From the NCBI GenBank assembly GCA_965637545.1, contig OZ281495.1:3720001-3784000 (forward strand): DNA of 64,000 nt, written 5' to 3'. Position 1 is the first letter of the stretch; each line of letters opens with the position of its first letter. This document shows, one piece after another, positions 1 through 13,800 of the stretch. The position numbers and the translations under genes were made by a program. Below the pieces are notes generated by a model that searched no databases, was not told the origin of the DNA, and saw nothing but the letters and a program-made list of their open reading frames with translations. This DNA is from Phallusia mammillata (Eukaryota).

Positions 1-2031
1 AAACGACAAAAGCACAAAAAAACGCCCATATCAAACGAATGAGCTTGCGCTAAAACTTAACCTTGAATCTTAAGTGTTTTGCGAAACGCTGTTATGACTA
101 CTCTATGCTGTGTTGCTGAAAAATGGAAAGTGTTTAGTGATAAAATCAGCAATTGTTTTAAAATGTTTGAAAACACGTTTAAACAGTCATGTAAAATATT
201 TCTTATTCCAGAGTGTGATCCGTAGCATTTACCAACCTTTCCACGTTCGTTTATCAGGCTCTGCTAGGTAACGTATCTCAAGCAAACAGGGTTTGTAACG
301 TGTAAATAAAAAACAAAAGTTTACCGACAATTTTTGATCAAAAGGTTAAAAACAGATGTGAAAACATAAATAATGTTTCATTCGAGTCTCGCCACGTCAC
401 TTTGCAACAATAAAGCTGATGGGTTGGGGTAGAACGCCACTGAGGCGTGACGGGTAACCAAGTTTGGGGCTCAAGTATCATCACAACGATCGAAACTCCA
501 TTGTTCACACGGCGAACTTGTTTGTATGAATCTGAGTGATTCTGTGGTGCTGGCTGCTGCAAATGCAAACACAACTCAACATTTGTGAATCGGTGATGAT
601 TATATCCAAACCTCAATTATTCATTTCGCGGAAACGCGTTCTGCAGGTTATTACATTTTTGCATATTGGTAATCTTTGTCATTATCATTTGCCTGCAACA
701 ACAACTACATTTCGTTGCCATGAAACATACCAATGAGGAGAAAAAAACTAACGTTGCTGATGTTTTGTGGGTCGTATTGTATTTGTTCACAGGTACATTA
801 GCAAGGCAAACGAAGTATAAGATATTATAGAAAGTATAAGATATCTTTTCCAGCAAGCTGGACTGGTTTTTTGTGTAATTCGTGTGTCAAATACATCCCC
901 AAGCTTTTTCTTGGATAGTTTTTTTCGTCCCAATAAAAATACCCACCCTTCTGCTTGGTTGATGTTTTTGTGGGAAGGAAAGTCTATTGTGTATGTGAAA
1001 CTATCAAACGATAGCAACAAGAAATGCAAAAAATACCAAAAACTCCCGTACACTGTTGAATGTTCAGTCCAACTTCGTGACTTTACGCGTTCACTCATGG
1101 GATGTTTTCATATTGCAAAAATTGCAAAATAGTAAAATAAATAAAAATATCTTGCAAAACTAAAAAATAGTTAAAAAGCAATCATATATGCTCAAGGTAC
1201 AACTTGTGTTGAGAGGTAATGAAAATTTCCCTGTTGCAAGTTTGTAGCCACAACCCATCGTATTTGTTGAATGGTTAATTCTTTATTCACACAAACAATT
1301 GTGATGTCACAATGTTACAATATGGAGAAATGCAAATATGTTTTGTTTGTGTGCTAGCTGCTAGGACTATGATTATTCGATCTGTTATGCACCTAACAAA
1401 ACCTGACTGCTATTTTTTATACTTTTCAAGTTTCGGAGCGAACAAGGAAGATTTGGATTGTCCACTTGTTGGAATCTATTTTTTCTAAATTCCATTTCAA
1501 GAAGAGACTTTTGGCTGAGGTTTGTTCTTCAACAGTTATATTATGCTGATAATAGATGATATTTTATATCTTGTGCTAAGCCTATTCTTTCTAAATGACA
1601 TTTTACATTGATATAACTTTTTTGGGGCTTTCTGCATTTAAATTTGGACCATTGTGAGTTGAATATGAGTTTGCGTACTTAATGTATTATTTCTTCTCTT
1701 AAATAGGGCCAACAACAGTGTCACTTAGTGATGTAACAGTCCAGATCATTGATTACATGACAATGCCCCAATCACCAATGAGCAGAGAAAAAGCAAAAAA
1801 CTGGCCAAACAAACTATCATTGAATGAGAAAAAGATCCCAAATGACATGTTCATAACTATTTATGCATACAATTTTAGGGTAAACTGAAGTAGTCTTTTT
1901 GTGTTTAGTTTTTGGAATTTTAGCATCGATTTTGTATTACTTTATTATTAAGCCTATCCTTTCTAAATGACACTTTTACTTAGTTTGATTTCGCTGAAGT
2001 TTTCTGCATTCAGTTTTTTACCATAGCGGGT
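1..2031 (+). repeat. Segmental duplication, near-identical to 35590-37620
   Basis: Sequence from position 1 matches 35590 onward. ORFs 338..616/35928..36206 and 884..1132/36474..36722 are identical at offset 35590. Identity ends at catagcgggt (2031/37620). Confidence 0.95.
380..745 (+). repeat. Head repeat of the duplicated unit family (copies at about 4985-5340, 11165-11560, 26905-27420, 34530-34855, 35970-36335)
   Basis: Shared core gggttggggtagaacgc(c/t)actga(g/c)gcgtgacgggtaacca...cacaacgat...ctgagtgattct...gctgctgcaaa(c)acaact. All copies have the same orientation; the 5 kb and 11 kb copies are partial or more diverged. Confidence 0.85.
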
Positions 2032-2980
2032 TGAATATGTAGAGTATTTTTTATTTATTTTAATTTTTTGTCTATTTAATGCAATCGTTTTTTTTTTTCA
2101 ACAGGACAAACAACATTACCATTCAGTGATATAACAGTCCAGATCATTAGTCACATGACGATGCCCCACTTACTAGATAATAAAAGCATAAATTGACCAA
2201 ATTTACTATCATTATATGGAAACAAGATTCAAAAGTCAAAAGTATTTGAAAACAAAATTTTAGTAAAAACATGTACAGTTTACAAGTAGGTATAAATTTT
2301 TGTGTTTTTGAATTTATGTGTTGATTTCTAAATGTTTATTTAAAACTGTTGACTTTCAGTATCAGACTAGAGAGCTGAACTGCTACTTTCTGAAGATGGT
2401 TTGACTGCTGATGACCAGAGTGGATATGCTGTTGTGATAATAATCATGGATTTGCAAAATTGTTTGGAATGCAAAACTCATCATGCCTGTTTGTAGGTTT
2501 GTACTTCACTTTCTTTACTCTGACTTTTGCAAAGATACAAATTGCAAGCAATATTCACCCAACACCCTCAATGCCAAATCTGCATATACTATGTTGTTTT
2601 TACAGATTCTATGGTTCAGGTTTTGTGGTTCTGGGAAGTTTGTGTTCATAGTGACTTAATTTGACATACATAATTACAAATACATTGGCCAGAAGAGCTC
2701 TATAAACTTGACATAATTAGTTTGTTATGACATTAATTTGTGTCAGCGATGTTTGGCAAAGACCATTTTGTCTACCTCTTGTTTATTTATTACATTTTAG
2801 TACATAATAGTCTGTGACGGGACTCATTCTAAACCTGATTATTTGTGTCTTTTTTAACTTAAAGGTGTTTCAATTTTAATTCTTAGTATGTGCATGGAAT
2901 TACTTAAATGCTTTATTTGATGGAACTTTAAATGTTTACTCAACAACTTCTTTTGTGATGTAATTAAATTTTCCTTACAG

Positions 2981-3173
2981 TCCTACATTTCTGAACAACT
3001 AGTGGGAGAAATCACTGAAGTGGAACGGTACTTAATAAATGTGACGAAGGACAAATTTTGCAGCAAACAACCGACGGGAAATCGCCGACTGAGACGAAAT
3101 CTTGAATCAGTAGCGCCCACTGGCGGATTTATTAACGCGCCTCGACGTGCCACTGAATTCACCATCCATGAAA
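2981..3173 (+). other. Exon-like segment repeated in the duplicated units (also 7428-7667, 8879-9074, 13633-13872, 15065-15264, 43304-43496); coding status unclear
   Basis: Each copy starts after a pyrimidine tract + cag (ttacag/tttcag|TCCTAC) and ends at a gta(t/c)gt donor. The frame is open here (SYISEQLVGEITEVERYL...) but other copies have frameshifts or stops. Confidence 0.5.
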
Positions 3174-3225
3174 GTATGTCTCATTGTTAGATTCGAAAAA
3201 AGGGAAAACGTCGGACGGTTTAAAG

Positions 3226-3790
3226 CAGTGCTTCCCAACCTTTTCCAGCTCACGGCCCACTTTAAAAAACAATTTGTTTTGGCGGACCACCGTTTAATAT
3301 TGCGACAAAACCACGATGGAAAAAGAACTAAAACTAAGAACGAAAAATAATAACCGCACAAGCAATACGTCTGTTTATGTGAAGCCTCAGCTTGCTGGTT
3401 CGATATGATGAGATCAAGTCGGAGTTTATTGGCAGATAAGCTCACATATCAGTGTCAAGACTGTTTCATGTCTTCGATTTCGTTATAGTTACTGATACAA
3501 GTATAGTGCTGTGACGCGACAATTGCAGTTTAGGTACTGTTATGACGTAACATTTGCAGTTTGTTTGTGTGATAAAGCTTTGTTTAACGTGAAATCTTTC
3601 ATGCTTTCATAGTAACTATAATATTATATTTTAGAGAAATATAGTTAAACTTGAAAGTACGGTCACACGAACTGTGTAACTTTTTTGAACTTCTGTATTG
3701 GTATGGTAATAGTTTGAAATATTTCGCGGCCCACCAGAAAGAACGTCGCGGACCACCAGTGGGCCGCGGCCCACCGGTTGGGAAGCGCTG
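3226..3790. mobile_element. hAT-type MITE (565 bp)
   Basis: TIRs cagtgcttcccaacc / ggttgggaagcgctg. 8-bp TSD gtttaaag at 3218-3225 and 3791-3798. The paralogous unit at about 43535 has an empty site (gacggtttgaaggtctgtatt). Confidence 0.92.
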
Positions 3791-4269
3791 GTTTAAAGGT
3801 CTGTATTTTACGATTACAAAAACACTTGTCGGTTTTACGCCGCTATTTAAACCTGATAACCCAGGGGTTTCCAACTCGTACACACTGGTATGCCAATTCC
3901 TGTGTTCCATCTTGTACAAACGTTCGTTGTTGTTAGTGGTCCCTTTCGAGCATTTCTGATTAAATGTATCAAATAAAGCTTGAGATAAATATTGAAACAT
4001 AATAATTCACGCTGCAGACAGTGCACACTGTTTCGACCTATAAGGTCTCATCAGTGCAGCTGGTGACGAGAGATCGGCCGCATTGGCTAGTGCAGCCATT
4101 CGACGGCTCTCCAGTTTTGTCACACTTCACATGGTGCACAAGGGATCACGTGTATTCCGCAACAACCTTTGCTTGTTGATCACCGTGGAACAGATAGAAG
4201 TGACCCCTGATCCTAATTTATTCGTTGTCTCTAACAAATGTGTTGCTCATTGTTTTACATCAAACATAA

Positions 4270-4497
4270 TCACTTGTTCAACTTCGCTAAATTGAATTGC
4301 ATACTCCTCTTACTTCTTGCAACATATTCTCTTTGTTCTTCCTTAGTTAAATCCTCCGCTGATTTGTCAACTATAATTGCTTTAGTATAATATTCGATTG
4401 CTTCTTTGGTTTGTGAAGTTTCACCGCAAACAACACCAAGATTGTTCAACAAATGACCGTAGACTTGATACTTTGAACTTTCATTCCCGAACTTTGA
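4270..4497 (-). pseudogene. 5'-truncated fragment of the TPR terminal exon
   Basis: Translates FGNESSKYQVYGHLLNNLGVVCGETSQTKEAIEYYTKAI...AKLNK*, matching the C-termini of the TPR ORFs at 20436-21277 and 54781-55541. Upstream it joins duplicated-unit sequence at tttgattt. Confidence 0.88.
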
Positions 4498-4649
4498 TTT
4501 GTGAATGTTTATTTCAGACTAGAGAGCATGCTAAGTGTGGTTCATGAAACGCTATTGTTATGACCTTGCTTTACTTTGAACTAACAAATATCCAGACGAT
4601 ATAATTATAAACCGTTTTAACATCTGCTTCTTAGAAATTCGAAATCTAT

Positions 4650-7600
4650 TTAAACGTACAGAAGCACCCACCACACCCAAAAAAACAGAGTAACTTGTTT
4701 AACTAATTTTGAAAACCGTAACAATAAAATATGGTCTAAATTTGTCATTTGAGTTTGTGTAGTAAATATTGCCAAACACAGGATTGCAGCCAAACGTTCG
4801 CGAAAATCGTTGTTTTCAAGCTCTGCCAGTAACTTATCAAAAGCACATAGGCAACGTTTCCGATATTCTTAGCATTGTTGCCAACGTGTAAGTCGAAAAC
4901 AAAAAGTCTAACGGCAATTGTAATTGGTACATACCAGGTACAGAAGTAAAGGTTAAAAATAGGTGTTGGGCTTTCAGTCGAGCTTCGCCGTGTCGCTTAT
5001 ATTGCAACAATAAAGCTGGTTTCTTTACCACGGCGCCCCTGGTATCGTTTCACAACGATAGAAACGCGACTATTCACATGGAGCATAAGTGTTTGTATGT
5101 AACTGTGTGATTCTGGGGTTTGTGCGTTCTCTGTATGTCGACTGCCGCAAACACAACTAAACAACTTCTGTGGATCGATAATCTTAACACCTCTAATTAT
5201 TCGTTCTACAGACTAAAATTTTTGTCAGCTACAACAACTAAGAAAAAACCTAAACCTTGCCGATTATTGTGGGTTATATTATTTAATGTTCACGAGTGTA
5301 AAACAAATTAAGTATAAGACATCACGGTAAAGGGACACAAAACACACAGGACAAAGTTGAAAACATCAAGCTGTTACAATATCAACAGTAAAAAAAGCCG
5401 GACAAGCATAAAAAACGCATTAGCTGTACCCGGTAACAAAAAAAGGGTCCTGAGAAGGTTGAAATCTCGCTTGAAAATCAAATGGTATTAGGTACCGCGT
5501 CAGGGGTTGGATAAAAACATGGGTTGATTCCAGCCGGAAAATGACGTGATAGGTGAACAACGATCACCAAATCAGAAACCCTAACAACTTAACATAAGAA
5601 TCTTTAGTTGTTTAGCGCAAATTTGGACAGTAACTTTTCCAACACGCTGGACTGGTACATGTGTAATTAATGTGCAAAGATCATAAGATTACATTTTCTG
5701 CGTTAATAACAAATGTTTTTTTCTTTTTATTGTGGACAAAGTTTTTATACTTTATTCGTTTGGAGGGAACCAAACAATAGCGCGAAGCCATGTAAAAAAA
5801 CGAAATCCACCCCTTACCCTTTAGTGCAACTGCGTGACTTTGACCGTTCCCTCATGGGATGTTTGAACTATAAAGATGCAAAAGACCAAAATAATTATGT
5901 TTACATTTGCAGAACCAGATTCAAACTAAAAAACAATTAGAAGAGAACTAAGGAATAACAAGTGTTGACAGGTAATACAAATTTCAATATTGCATCTACA
6001 AGCCATCTTATTTATGGAATTGCTAATTTTTAATTATTCAATTGTGATGTCACAAATATGCACTGTTTGATTGTGATGTCACACTCAAAGTGCAGACAAA
6101 GTACGTGCGACTTTTAACATCATAGGCATTTACCAGCTTAATCAAGTCCACTCTTTTCATATTTTGTCAGCTACTCTCTCTGCTGCTTGGTTTGTTCAGC
6201 TGTGTTGTTTGGTCTGGTTTTATTGGTTTTAATGGATTTATTGCTTGTTTTACACCTGGTTTATGAATGAAAATGTAAACTGTTGATTTCCAGGATGTTA
6301 CAATATGAAGAAATGCAAAAATATGTCGGTGTATAAACACTTAGATTAGTTGATGCCATCTGTATTTTGTTCCAAACAAAACCTTGCTGTTCTTTTCATA
6401 TTTATTAAGTTTATACACGAGCAAAAAAGATTTAAATTGTTCTCAATTAATCTTTATTTTCTAAAGTTCCTATTTTCAGAAGAGAATTTTAGCCACGGCT
6501 TGTTCTTTAATAGTTATATTATGCTGATATTAGACATTTATTTTTCATCTTGTAATAAGTCTGTTCTTTTTAAATGCAAGTTAAATATTAGTTTTACTTA
6601 TTTTGATTCCACTGAAATTTTCTGCATTTAATTTTAGACCATAGTAGGTTGAATATGTTGAGTATGTTTACTCAATGCAATATTTCTTCACTTAAACAGG
6701 ACCAACAACATTACCACTCAGTGATGTAACAATCCAGATCATCCGTCACATGACAATGTCACACTTGAATTGGACAAACATACTATCATTTTATGGGACC
6801 AAGATTCCACAATGACCCTTATGGAATTGAATTTGGTGTAAGTTTTTGTGTTCTTGCATTGATACTTCTCTTGATTTGTGAATGTTTATTTCAGACTGGA
6901 GAGCTGGGCTTCTAACTTCTAAAAAATTTTACATCTGATGACCAGTGCCGATATGTCGTTGCGATGATAATCACTGGTTTTTGAAACTTGATTGGGATAA
7001 AAAAGTCATCATTACTGATTGCAGGTTTGTATTTCAATTGTTAACTTCGACTTGTGCAAAAATACAATTTGTAAGCAATATTCACTCAACACATACCAAG
7101 TTGTTTTTTATAGATACTGAAGTTTATGTTTTGTGGTTCCGGAAGTTTTGAGTTTACCATGACTTTAAATTGCATATATATAATTAATTGTTGTGACATT
7201 GATTTTTGTCACTGATGTTTAACAACGGCCTTTCTGTCTACTCTTGTTGATTTATTACATTTAATTCGTAATAGTCTGTGAGGGGAATTTATGACTTTTT
7301 GATTACCGGTGTAATATTCAACTTAATGCTTTTACAATTTTGTTTCTTTTTTTCCATGAAATTATTTAAACAGTTTACTTTGTGGAGCTTGGACTGTTTA
7401 ATTTATATGACAACTTTTACCTTTCAGTCCTACCTTCCTGTACAACTACCAACTAGTAGCAGGAATCACTGAAGTGCAACAGCACTTGCTGCTCACAGAG
7501 GAAAAAAATCATGAAAGGCAGACTTTGCAGCCCTACCACCAATGGAAAATCCCCGGCCGAATGTAAATCGTGAATCAACAGCGCCCACTGGCGGATTTGT

Positions 7601-10600
7601 TTACACGGATTGACTTGCCACTGATGTCGGCAAATAACACAGGCTTATAAGTTCACAACCCACAAAGGTACGTAACATTGGGCGATTGGAAGGAGTGGGT
7701 AAACGTCAGGCGTATCAAACGTATAAACAAGTTATAAGATTGACAATACGTTATTTGTGAAAGTTACTCGGAATGACGTCACTATTTTTTTGGAAATTCT
7801 TCAGCGCAAAAATATGACGCAACTCACATTTTTTTTAAGTATTAAGTGTTTGCTTCGGTGCAATCGTGGAACAACAGCGACCACTGGTGGATTTTGTTCG
7901 CCGCTTCTACTTGACTTGTGATCGACGCCAGCAAATACCACAACATGTATCGTCCTCAGTGTGCAGTACTGGGACAACACTGGGCGTATTAAACATGTGG
8001 AAAAACATTGTCCCTATCTGAACAGCCCATAAGTATTTTTTTTGCTGGAATATCCTCTCTCTCTTTGTTATTTTATGGCGTCACAAGTAATTAAATGTTC
8101 GTGGTTAATGTTTCTTGTTGTGACTTTACCAAATCAATTGATATTTTCTATTAGTCAGCAAGCAGCCTTAAAAAAAGATACTGGGACGAGGGCCGTCTCA
8201 CAACGACAACCGGGGCCAGTGTTTATTCTGGTGCAGATCTTACTCCGGGACCACACGGAATTTTCGTCAACACGACAATCAACTCAGTAGTCGATGTCAT
8301 TGGTGAAAGGAAAATTATGAGCTGGGCTGCTAACATCTTGAAAAGGTTTGATTGCCGATGACCAAAGTGGATATGCTGTTGTGATAATAATCACTCATTT
8401 GCAATATTCGATTGGGTTAAAAAAGTCATCATCCCTGTTTGCAGGTTTGTATTTCATTTTTTAATTTCGACTAATGCAAAAGTATAAATTGAAAGCAATA
8501 TTCACTTAACACTTCAAATGACGAAACTGCATTTGCCATATTGTTTTTCAGATTTTATGCTTTCATGTTTTGTGTATATGGAAAGTTTGGTGTTTACCAT
8601 GAACTAAGTTGAACATACACAATTAGTTATTGTGACATTATTTTGTGTCACTGATGTTTAGCGATGACCTATTTTGTCTAACTCTTGTTTATTTATTACA
8701 TTTTGGTACGTAATAGTCTGTGAGGGGACTCATTCTAAACCTGATTATTTGTGTCTTTTTTAACTTTTTAGTTTCAATTTTTATTTTCAGTATGTGTGTG
8801 GAATTACTATAATGCTTTTTTGATGGAGGTTCAAATGTTTACTTAACGACTTAATTTGTGATGTCTTTTTCCTTACAGTCCTACCTATACAATTAGTTGG
8901 AGTAATTGGTGAAGTGGAACGGCAGTTGATAAATGTGACGAAGGACAATTTTGCAGCAAACAACAAACGGGAAATCCCCGACTAAGACTAAATCGTGAAT
9001 CAATAGTGCCTCCTGGCGGATTTGTTATCACACATCGACTTGCCACTGAAGCCGACAATTCACCAACCATGAAAGTACGTCACAGTGGTAGATTCGAAAA
9101 AGTGGTATACGTCGGACGCATTAAAGGCGTGTATTTTACGATTACAAAAAAAACTTGTCGGTTTTACGCCACTAATCGAACCTGATAACCCAGGGGTGTC
9201 CAACTCATATACGCTGTGCCAATTTCTGTGTTCCACTCTGTACAAACGTTCGCTGTAAATAGTGGTTCCAAGCATTTCCGATTAAATGTATAAAATAAAG
9301 CTTGAGATAAATGTTGAAACATAAATTACTCCATGCAAAGTAATGCCGCAACCACATGCAGGGTTGCATTCAACTAGTTTCGCAGAATTACCACCATTTG
9401 TTGCAACGCAAAGAAAAATAACGAATCATAGTTGTCCTCAAACATTTGTAATTTTTTACCTGTAACGAAATAAGGAAGCATTGCTGGGTAGAAGTGACTC
9501 GTATATATTCCACACTATTTTGCAATTTACAAGTCGCGCCATTAAATAGGACGACAGAAAAACCACAGACTTTCGGCCTCACGTTTATACTACTGCTTCA
9601 CCTACTAAGATCCTTTACCTACAGAATTGAACGTGGTTTGTCGTACACTAGTGGCATTTTTTTTAAAATTGTGGCAATATACTGTAATACCCAACATTGA
9701 CTGTTGGACAAACTTTAGTTTTAGTTTGGAAAATTTTGTGAGAGCTGGCGTGCCATTTCTACATACGTCGCGTGCCACGTGTTGAACATCCCTGTGGTAA
9801 CATGTCTCGTACGCCCAACCTGAACCGTCGTAACATAATACGTCACAAATATTTACCGTAAATGTTTCTCAGGATGACGCCACAAAGCAAAAAAGTCCTT
9901 CCTTTGTGCAACTGACAGCGCATCGCTCAACCAAGCGGCGTGTTGTTCCCGGTTTAGAACACGCGACGATTTGCAAATTGACGCATCAGAATTGCATTTT
10001 AACATTTTTCTGTTTAGCTTCAAGCGGCCAGCACAGCATATCCCGACAGGGACGAGGAACGTCTTACAACGACAACCGGGGCCAGTGTTTATCTCAGTCC
10101 AAGTCCGACTCCGGTACTACAAGGTATTTTCGTCAACACGACAATCAACTCAGTGGTCGCTGACATTCTGTCTCACGCTGTGAGTAAGTTTGGCACGACT
10201 GCTTCATCCAGCGTGTCCATCTTCACTGAGACTAAATCGTCTTCCATAAGATGTTAGTTATTTCGCATCCGCCATTAATATTTGTCACTTAGTCAACCCG
10301 TTTTTCGATGGTCAAATAAACTTTTTTGCTTATTTGACTTAAACCTAAAGACATTTATTTTTCAACATGTTTCCGAGTTACGTGATATTTATTTCGATGA
10401 TTGTTTCCACAGACATGGGCCCCGTGCTTTAAGATTCAGGACAGGCGATTTAAATATGTGAGATGGGAACAAGTTTAACCTGACAGAAACGCAAACACTT
10501 TGTGGATATAGAACTTGTGTAAAATGAGAAATACTTTTTCCTAATTGTGATTGGCTAAGTCTTCCGAGTTGTTTATCACATGTTTGCGAATCTTGTTTAT

Positions 10601-10800
10601 AAGCATCATAGTTTAATTTCGCAGATCACATTTTAATGCCCAATACTTAAATGTTTTTATCCACTAGGTGGTGCACCAGAGTTATAATGTGTACTTGTTG
10701 TGCTTGTTGTAATTGACGGGGAAAAAGAGTAATTTGGAACCATCTTCAGCTATTTCTATTTCATTTGCGAACCACTAAGCGATTTCACTCAGTTTTCGCG
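4650..10800 (+). repeat. About 6.2-kb tandem duplication, copy 1
   Basis: Identical or near-identical spurious ORFs recur at offsets of about 6180-6206 (5120/11326, 6350/12529, 7278/13483, 8885/15075). Starts at tttaaacgtacagaagcac. Confidence 0.92.
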
Positions 10801-10809
10801 TTTCAGTTT

Positions 10810-13800
10810 CATTTAAACGTACAGAAGCACCTACCACACCCAAAAAAAACAGAGTCACTTGTCACTTAACTAATTTTGAAAACAGTAACAATAAAATATA
10901 GTCTAAATTTGTCATTTGAGTTTGTGTAGTAAATATTGCCAAACACAGGATTGCAGCCAAACGTTCGCAAAAATCGTTGTTTTCAAGCTCTGCTAGTAAC
11001 TTATCAAAAGCACATAGGCAACGTTTCCGATATTGTTAGCATTGTTGCCAACGTGTAAGTCGAAAACAAAAAGTCTAAAGGCAATTGTAATTGGTACATA
11101 TCAGGTACAGAAGTAAAGCTTAAAAATAGGTGTTGGGCTTTCAGTCCAGCTTTACCGTGTCGCTTATATTGCAACATTCAAGCTGGTGGGTTGGGGTAGT
11201 TTTAGAACGACACGAATGCGTGACGTTTTTTTACCACGGCGCCCTTGGCATCGTTTCACAACGATAGAAACGCGACTATTTGCATGGAGCACAAGTGTTT
11301 GTATCTAACTATGTGATTCTGGGGTTTGTGCGTTCTCTGTGTGTCGACTGCCGCAAACACAACTAAACAACTTCTGTGGATCGATAATCTTAACACCTCT
11401 AATTATTCGTTCTACAGACTAAAATTTTTGTCAGCTACAACAACTAAGAAAAAACCTAAACCTTGCCGATTATTGTGGGTTATATTATTTATTGTTCACG
11501 AGTGTAAAACAAATTAAGTATAAGACATCACGGTAAAGGGACACAAAACACACAGGACAAAGTTGCAAACATCAAGCTGTTACAATATCAACAGTAAAAA
11601 AAGCCGGACAAGCATAAAAAACGCATTAGCTGTACCCGGTAATAAAAAAGGGTCCTGAGAAGGTTGAAATCTCGCTTGAAAATCAAATGGTATTAGGTAC
11701 CGCGTCAGGGGTTGGATAAAAACATGGGTTGATTCCAGCCGGAAAATGACGTGATAGGTGAACAACGATCACCAAATCAGAAACCCTAACAACTTAACAT
11801 AAGAATCTTTAGTTGTTTAGCGCAAATTTGGACAGTAACTTTTCCAACACGCTGGACTGGTCATAAGATTACATTTTCTGCGTTAATAACAAATGTTTTT
11901 TTCTTTTTTTGTGGACAAAGTTTTTATACTTTATTTGTTTGGAGGGAACCAAACAATAGCGCGAAGCCATGTAAAAAAACGAAATCCGCCCCTTACCCTT
12001 TAGTGCAACTGCGTGACTTTGACCGTTCCCTCATGGGATGTTTGAACTATAAAGATGCAAAAGACCAAAATAATTATGTTTACATTTGCAGAACCAGATT
12101 CAAACTAAAAAACAATTAGAAGAGAACTAAGGAATAACAAGTGTTGACAGGTAATACAAATTTCAATATTGCATCTACAAGCCATCTTATTTATGGAATT
12201 GCTAATTTTTAATTATTCAATTGTGATGTCACAAATATGCACTGTTTGATTGTGATGTCACACTCAAAGTGCAGACAAAGTACGTGCGACTTTTAACATC
12301 ATAGGCATTTACCAGCTTAATCAAGTCCACTCTTTTCATATTTTGTCAGCTACTCTCTCTGCTGTTTGGTTTGTTCAGCTGTGTTGTTTGGTCTGGTTTT
12401 ATTGGTTTTAATGGATTTATTGCTTGTTTTACACCTGATTTATGAATGAAAATGTAAACTGTTGATTTCCAGGATGTTACAATATGGAGAAATGCAAAAA
12501 TATGTCGGTGTATAAACACTTAGATTAGTTGATGCCATCTGTATTTTGTTCCAAACAAAACCTTGCTGTTCTTTTCATATTTATTAAGTTTAAACACGAG
12601 CAAAAAAGATTTAAATTGTTCTCAATTAATCTTTATTTTCTAAAGTTCCTATTTTCAGAAGAGAATTTTAGCCACGGCTTGTTCTTTAATAGTTATATTA
12701 TGCTGATATTAGACATTTATTTTTCATCTTGTAATAAGTCTGTTCTTTTTAAATGCAAGTTAAATATTAGTTTTACTTATTTTGATTCCACTGAAATTTT
12801 CTGCATTTAATTTTAGACCATAGTAGGTTGAATATGTTGAGTATGTTTACTCAATGCAATATTTCTTCACTTAAACAGGACCAACAACATTACCACTCAG
12901 TGATGTAACAATCCAGATCATCCGTCACATGACAATGTCACACTTGAATTGGCCAAACATACTATCATTTTATGGGACCAAGATTCCACAATGACCCTTA
13001 TGGAAATGAATTTGGTGTAAGTTTTTGTGTTCTTGCATTGATACTTCTCTTGATTGATGAATGTTTATTTCAGACTAAAGAGCTGGGCTTTTAACTTCTA
13101 AAAACATTTATATCTGATGACCTAAGTTGATATGTCGTTGCGATGATAATCACTGGTTTTTGAAACTTGATTGGGATAAAAAAGTCATCATTGCTGATTG
13201 CAGGTTTGTATTTCAATTTTTTTTACTTCAACTTGTGCAAAAATACAAATTGCCAGCAATATTTACTCAACACATTCAACAATGCAAAACTGCATATACC
13301 AAGTGGTTTTTTATAGATACTGAAGTTTATGTTTTGTGGTTCCGGAAGTTTTGAGTTTACCATGACTTTAAATTGCATATATATAATTAATTGTTGTGAC
13401 ATTGATTTTTTTGTCACTGATGTTTAACAATGGCCTTTCTGTCTACTCTTGTTGATTTATTACATTTAATTCGTAATAGTCTGTGAGGGGAATTTATGAC
13501 TTTTTGATTACCGGTGTAATATTCAACTTAATGCTTTTACAATTTTGTTCCTTTTTTTCCATGAAATTATTTAAACAGTTTACTTTGTGGAGCTTGGACT
13601 GTTTAATTTATATGACAACTTTTATCTTTCAGTCCTACCTTCCTGTACAACTACCAACTAGTAGCAGGAATCACTGAAGTGCAACAGCACTTGCTGCTCA
13701 CAGAGGAAAAAAATCATGAAAGGCAGACTTTGCAGCCCTACCACCAATGGAAAATCCCCGGCCGAATGTAAATCGTGAATCAACAGCGCCCACTGGCGGA

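Noticed and set aside
338-1132. ORFs repeated identically at 35928-36722 (and similar repeated ORFs at 5120/11326, 6350/12529, 7278/13483)
   Set aside because: Identity comes from segmental duplication. The peptides are low-information AT-rich translations, and some are frameshifted between copies.
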